In this document: one piece after another, positions 47,065 through 57,200 of the stretch
Layout: every line of letters begins with the position of its first letter
Position numbering within the stretch: the first letter of the stretch is position 1
Assembly (NCBI GenBank): GCA_035295545.1
Contig: DATGIT010000014.1
Coordinates: forward strand, 66,449 to 130,448
Length of the DNA stretch: 64,000 nt
Reading direction: 5' to 3'
Source of the DNA: Candidatus Binataceae bacterium
Lineage (GTDB): Bacteria > Desulfobacterota > Binatia > Binatales > Binataceae
Made by a program: the position numbers and the translations under genes
Notes under the pieces: generated by a model
Seen by the model: the letters and a program-made list of their open reading frames with translations, nothing else
Told to the model about the DNA's origin: nothing
Databases searched by the model: none

Positions 47065-47531
47065 GAGCGGAAGATCGACGGAATTGAGCTGCTCGCAAGC
47101 TCGGCGGTCGTGCGGCAATGTCGCGCGGTCGCTGCGCCGGCAAACCGGCTTTGCCGTTCGTGATATTCGGAGGTTGCGGCTGGTGTTCGATCCGAGCAGC
47201 CGTTTCAGCGCACGCTACGGCGAGGGTATACAGGCTTCGCGGTAGCTCGTTACTTCATGGAATCCCAGGCTGTGGGTCTGAAATTCTATTTGGATCCTGG
47301 TGCAAAACGATCGGTGCGCACTCTTCTCACACCTGCGCAGGACGTGGGTTGTTAGCTTAGCGTTGCTTCAAACAATCCACGTCCGCCGCGAGTGCGCCCT
47401 GGTGATGTGGGGCCGGCAACGCGACAGGGGATGTGCGGCAACTTTGTTGCCGCAGGTTATCCGCCTTATAGCCAGCCGACTCTTATCGGGGTTCATGCCG
47501 CCCGAATCGATGAATCGAAGCTACGTCGGCC

Positions 47532-47780
47532 CTACGCAGTTTTGGCCTTTTTACGTCTTTCGGCCCAGCGCTTCTTCATCATCTCGGAAATGCGCTTTCT
47601 GGCGGCTGCGCTCATCCCACGACGCCTTCGCGTTCCCGTCCTTCCATTAGCCGCAGCGACATTCCGACTCTTTCCAGTAGACCTAACTCCCTTCAACAGG
47701 CCGATAGCCTGGTTGATGCGTTCTCTTTCGTGCTCAAGTTCCGCGACGATTCTGTCAATATCCAAGGCATACACCTCCAC
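47532..47780 (-). CDS. hypothetical small basic protein (82 aa) in a lower-GC segment
   Basis: MEVYALDIDRIVAELEHERERINQAIGLLKG... then an R/K-rich tail. GGAGG 3 nt upstream of ATG. Local GC about 55% versus about 68% for the window. Confidence 0.3.
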   Translation of the reverse strand: MEVYALDIDRIVAELEHERERINQAIGLLKGVRSTGKSRNVAAANGRTGTRRRRGMSAAARKRISEMMKKRWAERRKKAKTA

Positions 47781-48018
47781 AGTAACTACTAACTGTATCC
47801 TACAGGTTTAGAATGCCGGCGCAACCACGGAAAATAGCTTTATTGAGGCGGAGCCTTACTAGTCGCAGAAGCGATCAAGCCGTAAGTTGAACCATTACCG
47901 TCGAACTAGACCTGCATTGGGGTCGATTCTGACTACAATCGTATGGCTGAAGGTTGCGTAAAGACGTATAGAGCCGAGCGCGTTTCAAGTTCGCGTCAGC
48001 GCCTTGCCAGGGCCAGAA

Positions 48019-48459
48019 CTACAAGAACTTTTCTTCGGTATGCAGGCGTGTCAGATGAATCTTCTTGATTTTCCACTCACTGCCTTCTTTGACGTATTCC
48101 TCATGATAATGGCCCCAGCCCTTGAACTCGCACGTCGGTAGCATCACGTAGTCGAACATGGCCCAGATGCCGCGCGCGCTGGTTGGCGAGATCAGCTCGA
48201 GCTCCGGCATGAATCCCTGGTGAACCGATTTGCCGTCCGAAAGCAGAGTGCTCACGCCTTTAACCAGCTGCGACCGTCCCTGCAAAGTAACCGTTGTTGG
48301 CAGCTTCGAGTTCGCGCGCGGCGCGCCTTCGTATGAAGCCCATACGTCGGCGGTGAAGCAATTGGTCCAGGCCTCCCATTGCCGCGTGTCCATCAGGCGG
48401 AAATAGCGTGACTTGAGTTGGCGGATTGCCTCGAGTTCGTTCATCTGTTCGATGGTCAT
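48019..48459 (-). CDS. NTF2-like / SnoaL-like (DUF4440) protein
   Basis: 146 aa. MTIEQMNELEAIRQLKSRYFRLMDTRQWEAWTNCFTADV typical of the NTF2-like dehydratase/isomerase fold. Confidence 0.65.
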   Translation of the reverse strand: MTIEQMNELEAIRQLKSRYFRLMDTRQWEAWTNCFTADVWASYEGAPRANSKLPTTVTLQGRSQLVKGVSTLLSDGKSVHQGFMPELELISPTSARGIWAMFDYVMLPTCEFKGWGHYHEEYVKEGSEWKIKKIHLTRLHTEEKFL

Positions 48460-48541
48460 CAGCGTTTTCTCCTGACTCGCCAGTATCGCCTGGTTTACAA
48501 GATGTCAACGATGGTAAACCGGCGCGGGGCCGCAATCTGGC

Positions 48542-51500
48542 CTAGTCTTCTACCGCGGGAGTATGTGCCGCCTCGGAGGAGCGCGGTCGAGGCTCGTTTC
48601 CAATGAGCGCGCGCGTCAGGGCGGGCAGGCTTACCGGCTTGACCAGATGATCGTCGAATCCCGCCCGCCTAATCAGATTGCGATCCTCAGCGCGGCCATA
48701 GCCGGTGACTGCGATAAATCGCACGCCGGCCAAAGCCGGCATCGAGCGCAGACGTTTGAGCAGTTGGTAGCCGTTGATTTCGGGAAGGCCGATATCGATC
48801 AGCGCGGCGTCCGGTTTGAACGACTCTATTCGTGCCAGCGCCTCGGCGGGAGATTTCACCGCTGCCACTTCATGGCCGTCCAGACGCAGGAGTTCGGCGA
48901 GGCTCTCGGCCGCGTCCTGATTGTCATCAACGATGAAGATGCGCCGCGGAGGCGCGGCCAGCGGTTCGGCTTGCGCGTCAACCGATCTTTCCGGCTCAAT
49001 TCGCGGCAATCGAATCGTGAAAGTCGCGCCCGTATCGGCGCCCGCGCTATGCGCGGTAATGTTGCCGCCATGCATCTCGACCAGTCGTTTGACCACGAGC
49101 AGCCCGATTCCCAGCCCGCCGCGCGCCCGGTCGAGGCTCTGGTCTCCCTGCACGAACAGTTCGAAGATCCGCGGCAGGAGCTCTTCGGATATGCCGCATC
49201 CGTTGTCGCTGACCTCGATCACTGCAGTCGATCCTTCCGCGCGCGTTTCGACGCGGATGCGTCCGCCGGGGTCGGTATACTTGGCGGCATTGTTGACGAG
49301 ATTGCTTATACACTGCGCCAGCCGCGCCGCGTCGCCGCGCACGTACAGTGGACGCGGGCCGGAAATAATTGAAAGCTGATGGCGCTTCTCGCTGAGCAGC
49401 GGATCGACCGTCTCGACGCTCTGCGCGACCGCGCTCGACAGGTCGACCGGCCGGCGCTCCAGCGAGATGCGGCCCTGCGTGATGCGTGCGACATCAAGCA
49501 GGTCATCGACCATGCGTGTGAGCAGCCGGGTTTGCCGTTTGATTACGGCGATGCCGGCCTGCGCCTGCGGATGCCCGGCCAGCGTGCGCGAGAGGATTTC
49601 GCTCGTGGTATAGATCGGCGCCAACGGATTGCGCAGCTCGTGCCCGAGCAGCGCAAGAAACTCATTCTTCAACTGGTCCGACTCGCGCAACGCGCGTTCG
49701 GTCTCGCGCAGCGCCTGTTCGATCCTGCAACGGTTGATAAAATCGCTCGCCTGCCGGACATATAAATCCAGCCGGCGCAGTTGCCGCTCGGTGGGACGAT
49801 GAACGTCCCGGAAGTGCATCGATAGCACACCTTGTGGAGCGTCCTCGCCCGCAAGCAGCGGGATTGAAATGAGCGCGCGGTATCCGGCCGCGCGCCCCTG
49901 CGCACGCAATGGTTCGTAGAGAGGATCGTTTTCGACGTCCTCAATGATGACGCGTTCTCCGGATCGCAGCGCCCTCGCGCAGGCGGAGTTTCCCTGGTCC
50001 GTCACCTCCTCTGAATATTCGAGAACCTCGCTGTTGAATCCCTGTTGCGCAACGAGATTGAGTTTTCCGTCCGCATTCAGCAGCCGGACATTGCCCTTAT
50101 CCGCACCGAGCAGGTCGAGCACCGCCCCGAGCATTTCATTCAATCCGGTCTCAAGATCGCGGCATCGCCACAGCCGCGCACTCAATTCGTTAAGTCTGGC
50201 CATGGCCTCGGCTTCCGCTGACAGACGGCGTTGGTTCTCGAGCAGGGCCTGTTCCGTCTCCTGGCGCAGCAGCGCCATCTTCACGGTTGATTCGACGCGC
50301 GCGATGAGTTCGCGTCCGCTGAACGGCTTGATCAGGTAGTCGTCGGCGCCGCAAGCCAGGCCCTCGATGCGGCTCTCCTCGCCCGCCCGCGCCGAGAGGA
50401 AAATCACCGGGATCGCGCGCAGCTCGCGATCGGCGCGCAGTTCGCGCAACATCGCGAACCCGTCGAGCCCGGGCATCATCACATCGCTCAGAATTGCATC
50501 GGGCCGACCGGCGCGCGCCTGCGCCAGCGCGGTTCGCCCGTCGGACACCGTGCGCACCTCGAAGCGATCGCGCAAGAGGCTCGCGATGTAATCGCGCATG
50601 TCCGCATTGTCGTCGGCGACCAGTATTGAATAGCGCCTGTCATATCCCAGCGGGACTGCGAACCGGGGCGCGTCCAGTGAATCGAGCGTCAGGCCCGCGT
50701 TGCTCCCCGGCAGCCAGCGCAGGGCTTCGCTTACGAAGGCCTCCGCATTGACCAACGACGATCCCGCCGCGCCCTCGGATTTTATCTGCCTGGATGGCAA
50801 ATGGGCGGTACCGAACGGCAGCCGAACCGTGAACGTGCTGCCGCGGCCGGGCGCGCTTTCCACGCTGATCGCGCCCGCATGCAGCTTTGTAAGCTCCTGT
50901 ACCAGCGCGAGCCCTATGCCGGCGCCTTCGTGCGTGCGTCCGCGCGCGGCTGCTACCCGATGGAAGCGTTCGAAGATGAATGGCAGTTCGGGCTGCGGTA
51001 TGCCGATACCGGTATCGCTGACGCGCAGCGCGGCGTGAGCGTCTTCGGCGCAAAGCGCCACAGTGATGGTGCCGGAGAGAGTGAACTTGAAGGCGTTGGA
51101 GATGAGATTGAAGACAACCTTCTCCCACATCTCGCGATCGACATATACCGGCTCCGGCAGGGGCGGTGTATTTATGCTCAGAGTCAGGCCCGCCTTCTCG
51201 CACGCGGAGCGGAAGTTGCTCGCCAGGTCTCTGGTCAGCGAGGCGAGGTCGGTAGGCTGGAAGACGGCCTGAACCCGGCCGGCCTCGACCCGGGAAAAAT
51301 CGAGCAACGCGTTGACCAGTTTCTGCAGGCGCAGGCCGTTGCGTCGCACAAGCTCGAGCCGCTGGCGTTGCCGCGGCCCAAGCGGCTCCACGGCATCGTT
51401 GGCAGCGTCATCGATGGGCCCGAGCATCAGCGACAGCGGCGTGCGAAACTCGTGCGAAACGTTCGAGAAGAACACGGTCTTCGCGCGGTCCAGCTCGGCC

Positions 51501-52579
51501 AACGCTTCGGCGCGCCTTTTTTCTTCTTCATGGGCACGCGCGTTTGCAAGGGACGCTGCAATCTGGGTCTTCAACAGCTCGAGGAAATCGCGATAGCGCG
51601 CGTCGAATTTCAGCCGCGCACTGATTCCGATCACCAGCAGGCCGGCCGCTTCGTGCGGCTGGCTCGATGGAATCGGCACCACTACCGCGGTTTGGGGCGG
51701 GTCGCGCCAGGGCCCCTGCGGCACAGAATTGAACCGGCGCGACAGGTCCTCCACGATTTGCATGCGCCCACTGCGGAAGGCCTTGCACAACGGCCACCCC
51801 TGGCTCTCCGAGGCCAGCTCAATGCGCAGCGGAGACACGTCCAGGCCCTGGGTGACGCCGGCGGATGCGGCGAGGCGGGCGGTTCTGCTTTCCGCGTCAA
51901 GGAGATAAAGCAGGGCAAACGGGACATCCCTGTCGTGCGCGGCGATCGTTCGCGCGGCTATCCGGCACGCGTCCAGCGGTGTTTTGGCCTCTCCGGCGCC
52001 GGCCCCGAGATCGCGCAGCAGCAGCAGCCGGCGCTCGCCGATGATTTTGTCCGTGTTTTCGTAAACCGTACCGAGCACGCCGCCGATACCGCCTGGCGCT
52101 GTAGCGTCGGGCACCGGACTGTATGCGATTATGAAATGAGATTCCTCGACAAACCCGTGGCGTTGTACCTCGAGCAGGATGTCATCGTCCCATGCCGAGG
52201 GTCCGCCTTGAAAGCTCCGGGTGATCAGCGGGCCAATCGAATCCCAGATCTCCGCCCAGCATTCCTGTGCCGGCCGGCCCAGCGCCAGCTCGGGATGTTT
52301 GCTGCCGGGAATCGGCACGTACGCGTCGTTGTAGAACTGGACGAGTTGAGGGCCCCACCAGAGAATCTGCGGGAACCGATTGGCGAGCATTACCGGCAGC
52401 GTGCTGTGCAAAGTCGGCGACCATGATTCTCGCGGCCCGATGGCGGTTCGCGACCAATCGAACGCGTCGATTCGCTGAGCCATTTCTCCGCTGCACAACG
52501 GTTCGTTCCTATCGTGGGATTCCGGGCCGGCAAACGAACGGGCGGGAGACTGATCCTTGGTAGTGACCGAGCCAGGCAT
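48542..52579 (-). CDS. tandem hybrid sensor histidine kinase/response regulator (PAS-GAF-HisKA-HATPase-REC-GAF-HisKA-HATPase-REC)
   Basis: 1345 aa. Two H-boxes (SHEFRTPLSLM and GHELRNPLAPI). Two HATPase_c G-boxes (GIGLALVQEL, GLGIGLLVVKRL). Two receiver domains (ILVADDNADMRDY...DAILSDVMMPGLDG and IFIVDDNQDAAES...DAALIDIGLPEING). Confidence 0.85.
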   Translation of the reverse strand: MPGSVTTKDQSPARSFAGPESHDRNEPLCSGEMAQRIDAFDWSRTAIGPRESWSPTLHSTLPVMLANRFPQILWWGPQLVQFYNDAYVPIPGSKHPELALGRPAQECWAEIWDSIGPLITRSFQGGPSAWDDDILLEVQRHGFVEESHFIIAYSPVPDATAPGGIGGVLGTVYENTDKIIGERRLLLLRDLGAGAGEAKTPLDACRIAARTIAAHDRDVPFALLYLLDAESRTARLAASAGVTQGLDVSPLRIELASESQGWPLCKAFRSGRMQIVEDLSRRFNSVPQGPWRDPPQTAVVVPIPSSQPHEAAGLLVIGISARLKFDARYRDFLELLKTQIAASLANARAHEEEKRRAEALAELDRAKTVFFSNVSHEFRTPLSLMLGPIDDAANDAVEPLGPRQRQRLELVRRNGLRLQKLVNALLDFSRVEAGRVQAVFQPTDLASLTRDLASNFRSACEKAGLTLSINTPPLPEPVYVDREMWEKVVFNLISNAFKFTLSGTITVALCAEDAHAALRVSDTGIGIPQPELPFIFERFHRVAAARGRTHEGAGIGLALVQELTKLHAGAISVESAPGRGSTFTVRLPFGTAHLPSRQIKSEGAAGSSLVNAEAFVSEALRWLPGSNAGLTLDSLDAPRFAVPLGYDRRYSILVADDNADMRDYIASLLRDRFEVRTVSDGRTALAQARAGRPDAILSDVMMPGLDGFAMLRELRADRELRAIPVIFLSARAGEESRIEGLACGADDYLIKPFSGRELIARVESTVKMALLRQETEQALLENQRRLSAEAEAMARLNELSARLWRCRDLETGLNEMLGAVLDLLGADKGNVRLLNADGKLNLVAQQGFNSEVLEYSEEVTDQGNSACARALRSGERVIIEDVENDPLYEPLRAQGRAAGYRALISIPLLAGEDAPQGVLSMHFRDVHRPTERQLRRLDLYVRQASDFINRCRIEQALRETERALRESDQLKNEFLALLGHELRNPLAPIYTTSEILSRTLAGHPQAQAGIAVIKRQTRLLTRMVDDLLDVARITQGRISLERRPVDLSSAVAQSVETVDPLLSEKRHQLSIISGPRPLYVRGDAARLAQCISNLVNNAAKYTDPGGRIRVETRAEGSTAVIEVSDNGCGISEELLPRIFELFVQGDQSLDRARGGLGIGLLVVKRLVEMHGGNITAHSAGADTGATFTIRLPRIEPERSVDAQAEPLAAPPRRIFIVDDNQDAAESLAELLRLDGHEVAAVKSPAEALARIESFKPDAALIDIGLPEINGYQLLKRLRSMPALAGVRFIAVTGYGRAEDRNLIRRAGFDDHLVKPVSLPALTRALIGNEPRPRSSEAAHTPAVED

Positions 52580-52778
52580 GGACGGCTTTGCCTCTTCAGG
52601 TGTTCAGCACGCCACAGATCCGGCGATGCTTTCCGGTTTCGGCGCGGTACAGTTGCAATCCCTGAGTTTACATCCGGCTGCGTTAACCGGGTCAAGCTCC
52701 AGAGTGGATGCCGGCACCTGGTGCCGCTGCAAGCGCGCTATTGATTCGCCCGGGCGCGGTGGCTAGTGTCGGCACAGA

Positions 52779-54032
52779 ATGCCGGTCATAGATTGGCAGC
52801 TTGCGGCGGCTGTCGCGACGGTTATTTCCACCCTCGCCTTCATCGCGAGCGCGATCGTCGTTATCCTGCAACTTCGCCAGGCGGCGCGCGAGCGCTACTT
52901 CACCATCACAGCGCACCTGTTCGAGATCTGGCAGAGTCCTGACTTTCAGCACGATCAGCTCTACCTGCTGCATTTTCTTCCATGCGCGACATGGGAGGAC
53001 TTTTGCCGGCTTGGCAGGGGCGAGCGCTGCGAGCGTGCGATACATCGCGTGGGCGGTTACTACGACCGTGTCGGCAATCTCGTGCGCCACGGGCTGATTG
53101 ACAAAAATGATATGCTGCCCACGATCGGCGGCTACGCCGTGGCCGTATGGCATCGGATCGAACCGCTGGTCAAGGAACTGCGGCTGCGCGAGAACGCGAT
53201 GCTGTTCCAGAACTACGAAGCTTTGTTACCCGATTGCCACGAATGCTACGTTCCCGGGATCGCACCGCTTGCTCCGCCTTCGAGCACGGTATTCGAAACT
53301 CCGCTGGCGCCGGTTTGCCTCGTCGAGGCGAGCGGCGGCGCGCAATCCGGCTTCGGTGCCGAGGGCGCGCCGCGTCTGGAGGCCGCGGACTCAACTAACG
53401 GTACCGGCATGAGGAGCTTCAACGACATGGCTAATGGCAATGCGAGCCCCGCGACACCGGCTAAGTCAGCTCCGGACCTGACTCTCAAGGACACCGACGG
53501 TATCGCGCGTGCGCTTTCCGAATTCACCGCATCAGGCCCCACCGTGGTCGTCTACGCGCGCGGCGCATGGTGTCCGTTCTGCCTGCGCCAGCTTTCGGAC
53601 TACGCGGAGCACTACTCGGAGTTCAGACGCTCCGGAGTCGAGGTGCTCGCGCTTTCGCCGGAGACTCCGCGCAAGGCGCGTCGCATGCGAACCGGCCTTA
53701 AACTTCCGTTCGCGGTGTTGTCGGACGCGCATTTCACCGCGGCGCATACGTTCGGCCTCATGGACCATGAAAAGCCCGGCCTGCCGACTCCGGCCACGCT
53801 GGTCCTCGATACGCAGAGGAACATCAGATTGTCGACGCTCAATGAGCGCGAGAAAGCTCTTTTCGCGCGCGATGTGCTGAACTACGCACGGGCTCTGAAG
53901 CAAATCGACGCCGGCGTCGCCACGGTCGGCGCTGCGGCGGCTATTCCGAGGCCGCAGGTTCAGGCGCCCAAGCCCGGCCTGCTGTGGGCGCGCGCGCTTG
54001 CGAATATGGCCATCGGCGTCGTCAGCCGATAG
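52779..54032 (+). CDS. membrane-anchored protein with C-terminal redoxin (AhpC/TSA-like thioredoxin-fold) domain
   Basis: 417 aa. N-terminal TM helix plus an approx 200-aa uncharacterised domain. C-terminal Prx/thioredoxin-like region TVVVYARGAWCPFCLRQL...VEVLALSPETP. Confidence 0.65.
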   Translation: MPVIDWQLAAAVATVISTLAFIASAIVVILQLRQAARERYFTITAHLFEIWQSPDFQHDQLYLLHFLPCATWEDFCRLGRGERCERAIHRVGGYYDRVGNLVRHGLIDKNDMLPTIGGYAVAVWHRIEPLVKELRLRENAMLFQNYEALLPDCHECYVPGIAPLAPPSSTVFETPLAPVCLVEASGGAQSGFGAEGAPRLEAADSTNGTGMRSFNDMANGNASPATPAKSAPDLTLKDTDGIARALSEFTASGPTVVVYARGAWCPFCLRQLSDYAEHYSEFRRSGVEVLALSPETPRKARRMRTGLKLPFAVLSDAHFTAAHTFGLMDHEKPGLPTPATLVLDTQRNIRLSTLNEREKALFARDVLNYARALKQIDAGVATVGAAAAIPRPQVQAPKPGLLWARALANMAIGVVSR

Positions 54033-54208
54033 CAACGGGTCTGCAATCGGGCCGGCTGCGGAATAGCTTGCCTTGTCGGCAGCCGCGCTCGATGGCGAGC
54101 AGACCTCAGCACAAACTTCGCTTCGGTCGCTTTTGCGCCTGGTCTTGTAGGCTGGGTCGCGGTTGTCGAGTTACACTGTGATCTTGCTTCGACGAGCGGG
54201 AAATCAGA

Positions 54209-57200
54209 ATGCGCTGTGCCAAATGCGGAGCCGATAATCGAGACGGCGCCAAGTTCTGCAGCGAATGCGCGGCTCCGCTGGCAGCTACATGCGCTCGCTG
54301 CGCGACGCTGAACCAGCCCGGAGCCAGGTTCTGTGACGAATGTGGCGAACCGCTCGCGGCGGGCCGTTCGAAACCGAAAAGCCGTTCCGCATCGCCGGTT
54401 CCCGTGCTGCAGCAGGAGGAAGCTTCGGCGGACGCGTCCGAGGGCGAGCGCAAGACTATCACGGCGCTGTTCGCGGATATCAAGGGATCGACCGAACTGG
54501 AGCAGGACCTCGATCCGGAAGAGGCGCGCGCAATCATCGATCCGGCGCTGAAGCTGATGATAGACGCCGCCCGCCGCTACGAGGGCTATATTGTTCAGTC
54601 CACCGGCGACGGGGTTTTTGCGCTGTTTGGCGCGCCGTCTGCGCACGAAGACCATCCGCAGCGGGCGCTCTATGCCGCGCTGCGCATGCAGGAGGATTTG
54701 CGGCGGTATTCGAGCAAACTCGTGGCAAGCGGTGGCATCCCGCTGCAATGCCGCGTCGGCGTCAACACGGGGGAAGTTGTAGTCCGCTCGATTGCGACCG
54801 GCGGAGGACAGACCGAGTACACGCCCATCGGCCATGCGATCAACCTGGCGTCGCGGATGCAGGCGGTTGCGCCCGTCGGATCAATCGCCGTCGCCGACGC
54901 CACGCGCAAGCTCTGCGAGGGCTATTTCGCGCTCAAACCGCTGGGTCCGACCAGGGTCAAGGGCGTGAGCGAACCTGTCAACGTCTATGAGGTGACGGGC
55001 CTGGGACCGCTGCGCACGCGTCTCCAGCGTTCGGCCGGACGCGGAATGACAAAGTTCGTCGGACGCGAGCGGGAACTGGACACGCTGCGGCACGCGGCGG
55101 GCCTTGCCGCGCAGGGCCGCGGCCAGATCGTCGCGATGGTCGCGGAAGCCGGGGTCGGCAAGTCGCGCCTGCTGTACGAATTCAAGGCCCGGAGCGCGTC
55201 GGACTGGATGGTGCTGGAGGCGTACTCGGTCTCGCATGGCAAGGCCAGCGCATACCTGCCGGTGATCGAGCTGCTCTGCAGCTATTTCAGGATTGTCGAC
55301 GAAGATGACGAACGCAGCCGGTGTGAAAAGGTCGCCGGGCGACTCGCGATCCTCGATCCCGCCCTGGAAGATGCCAGGCCGTATGTGCTTGGGCTGCTCG
55401 GAATCAGCGAGGGCGAGCGCTTGCGCAAGCACTGGGAACACAGCTTCGACCGTCTGGAAGAGTACCTGCTGGGAGCGCAGGCGAAAGATCCTTTCCCGCA
55501 GATGGACGTGCAGGTGCGGCGGCGGCGAACGCTCGATGCGATCAAGCGCATCCTGTTGCGCGAAGCGTTGAACCAGCCGCTGATGCTGATTTTCGAGGAT
55601 TTGCACTGGATTGACGCGGACAGCCAGGCGCTGCTCGAGGTGCTCGCGGACTCAATCGCGGCGTCGCGGATCCTGTTGCTGGTGAATTACCGCCCGGAGT
55701 ACTCGCACGCATGGGCGAACAAGAGCTACTACACCCAGTTGCGCCTTGATCCGCTCAGCCTGGAAAGTGCCGAGCAGTTGATGGCGGTGCTGGTCGGCGG
55801 CGGAGCGGGCCTCGCGCCGCTGAGAAAACTGATCGTCGATAAGAGCGAGGGCAACCCGTTCTTCATGGAAGAGATTGTGCAGGGGCTGTTCGAGGATGGG
55901 GCGCTTCTTCGCAATGGGATCGTCACGCTCACCCGCTCGCTGGAGAGCCTGAGAATTCCCGCGACCGTACAGGCGGTGCTCGCCTCACGCATCGATCGGC
56001 TGCCGCCGGCCGAAAAGGACGTACTTCAGACCGTGGCGGTGATTGGCAAGGAGTTCGGGTTGGGACTGGTGCGCGAAGTGACCGGGAAGTCCGACGAGGA
56101 AATCATGCCGTCGCTGTTCAATCTGCAGCTTGCGGAATTTCTCTACGAGCAGCCCGCGATTGCCGAGATCGAGTACACTTTCAAACACGCCCTGACCCAG
56201 GAAGTGGCCTACAATTCGGTCCTGCACGAGCGGCGCAAGCTGCTGCATCAGCGAATCGCGACAGCTATCGAGCGCCAGTTCGCGTCCAATGTCGACGATC
56301 GGCTGGGTGAGTTGGCTCATCATTACAGCCGCAGCAACGATCTGACGAAAGCGTTCGAGTACATGGGCCGCGCGGCCGAGCAGGCGGGACGCCGCTCCGC
56401 CTACTCGGAGATGATCGCGTACATCGACCGGGGCCTGGCGCTGCTGGCTGAACTGCCCGAGAGCGAGCAGCGCGACCTGGACGAACTGAGCCTGCGCGTT
56501 AAGCTGGGGCCCGCGCTCATGGCGGTCAAGGGGTTCTCGTCCGAGGAGACCAGGCGGAGCTGCGAGCGGGCGTGCGATCTCGCGCGCCGGCGGGGAGCGC
56601 GGGCGCAGCTCTTCGCCGCGCTCAACTTCCTGTGGGCCTTTCACTACACGCGCGGCGATCCGAAATCATCGCTCGAAGTTTCGCAGGAGCTGATGTCGAT
56701 CGCACAGGATGTGCGCGAGCCCGGAATGTTGAAGGACTCCTATCGTGCGATGGGCAGAGCGCTGACCTACACGGGCGACTTGCTCGGCGCTCGGCGCTAT
56801 CTCGAGGAGGCGCTCACGCTGGACGGGTCGTCGCGAGCTTGGGCGCGCGGGGCAAACGTCGGACCGGATGCCGACATGCTGTGTCTGACGGGTCTGAGCG
56901 AGGTGCTGATAGCACTCGGTTATCCGGACCAGGCCCTGCAGCGGGCCCGCGAGGCGCTCGAGGCGGTTGATTCCCAAACGGATCCTTTCAGCTTCGCGAT
57001 GGCGCTGACGATCGCCGCCGAGATTTATAATTTCCGGCGCGAGCCGGACAAGGCGCTGGAGATTCTCGGCCGCGCATTGGCGCTGTGCGACCGCCACGGT
57101 TATCCCTTCTGGCTGTCGTTCGCGCGACGGATGTCAGGCTGGGCGCTGGCGTTGCAGGGGCAGGTCAGGGCCGGGATTGAGATGATGGAAGAGGAGATGG

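Noticed and set aside
50801-52426. 541-aa plus-strand ORF
   Set aside because: Antisense shadow of the 1345-aa hybrid histidine kinase gene.
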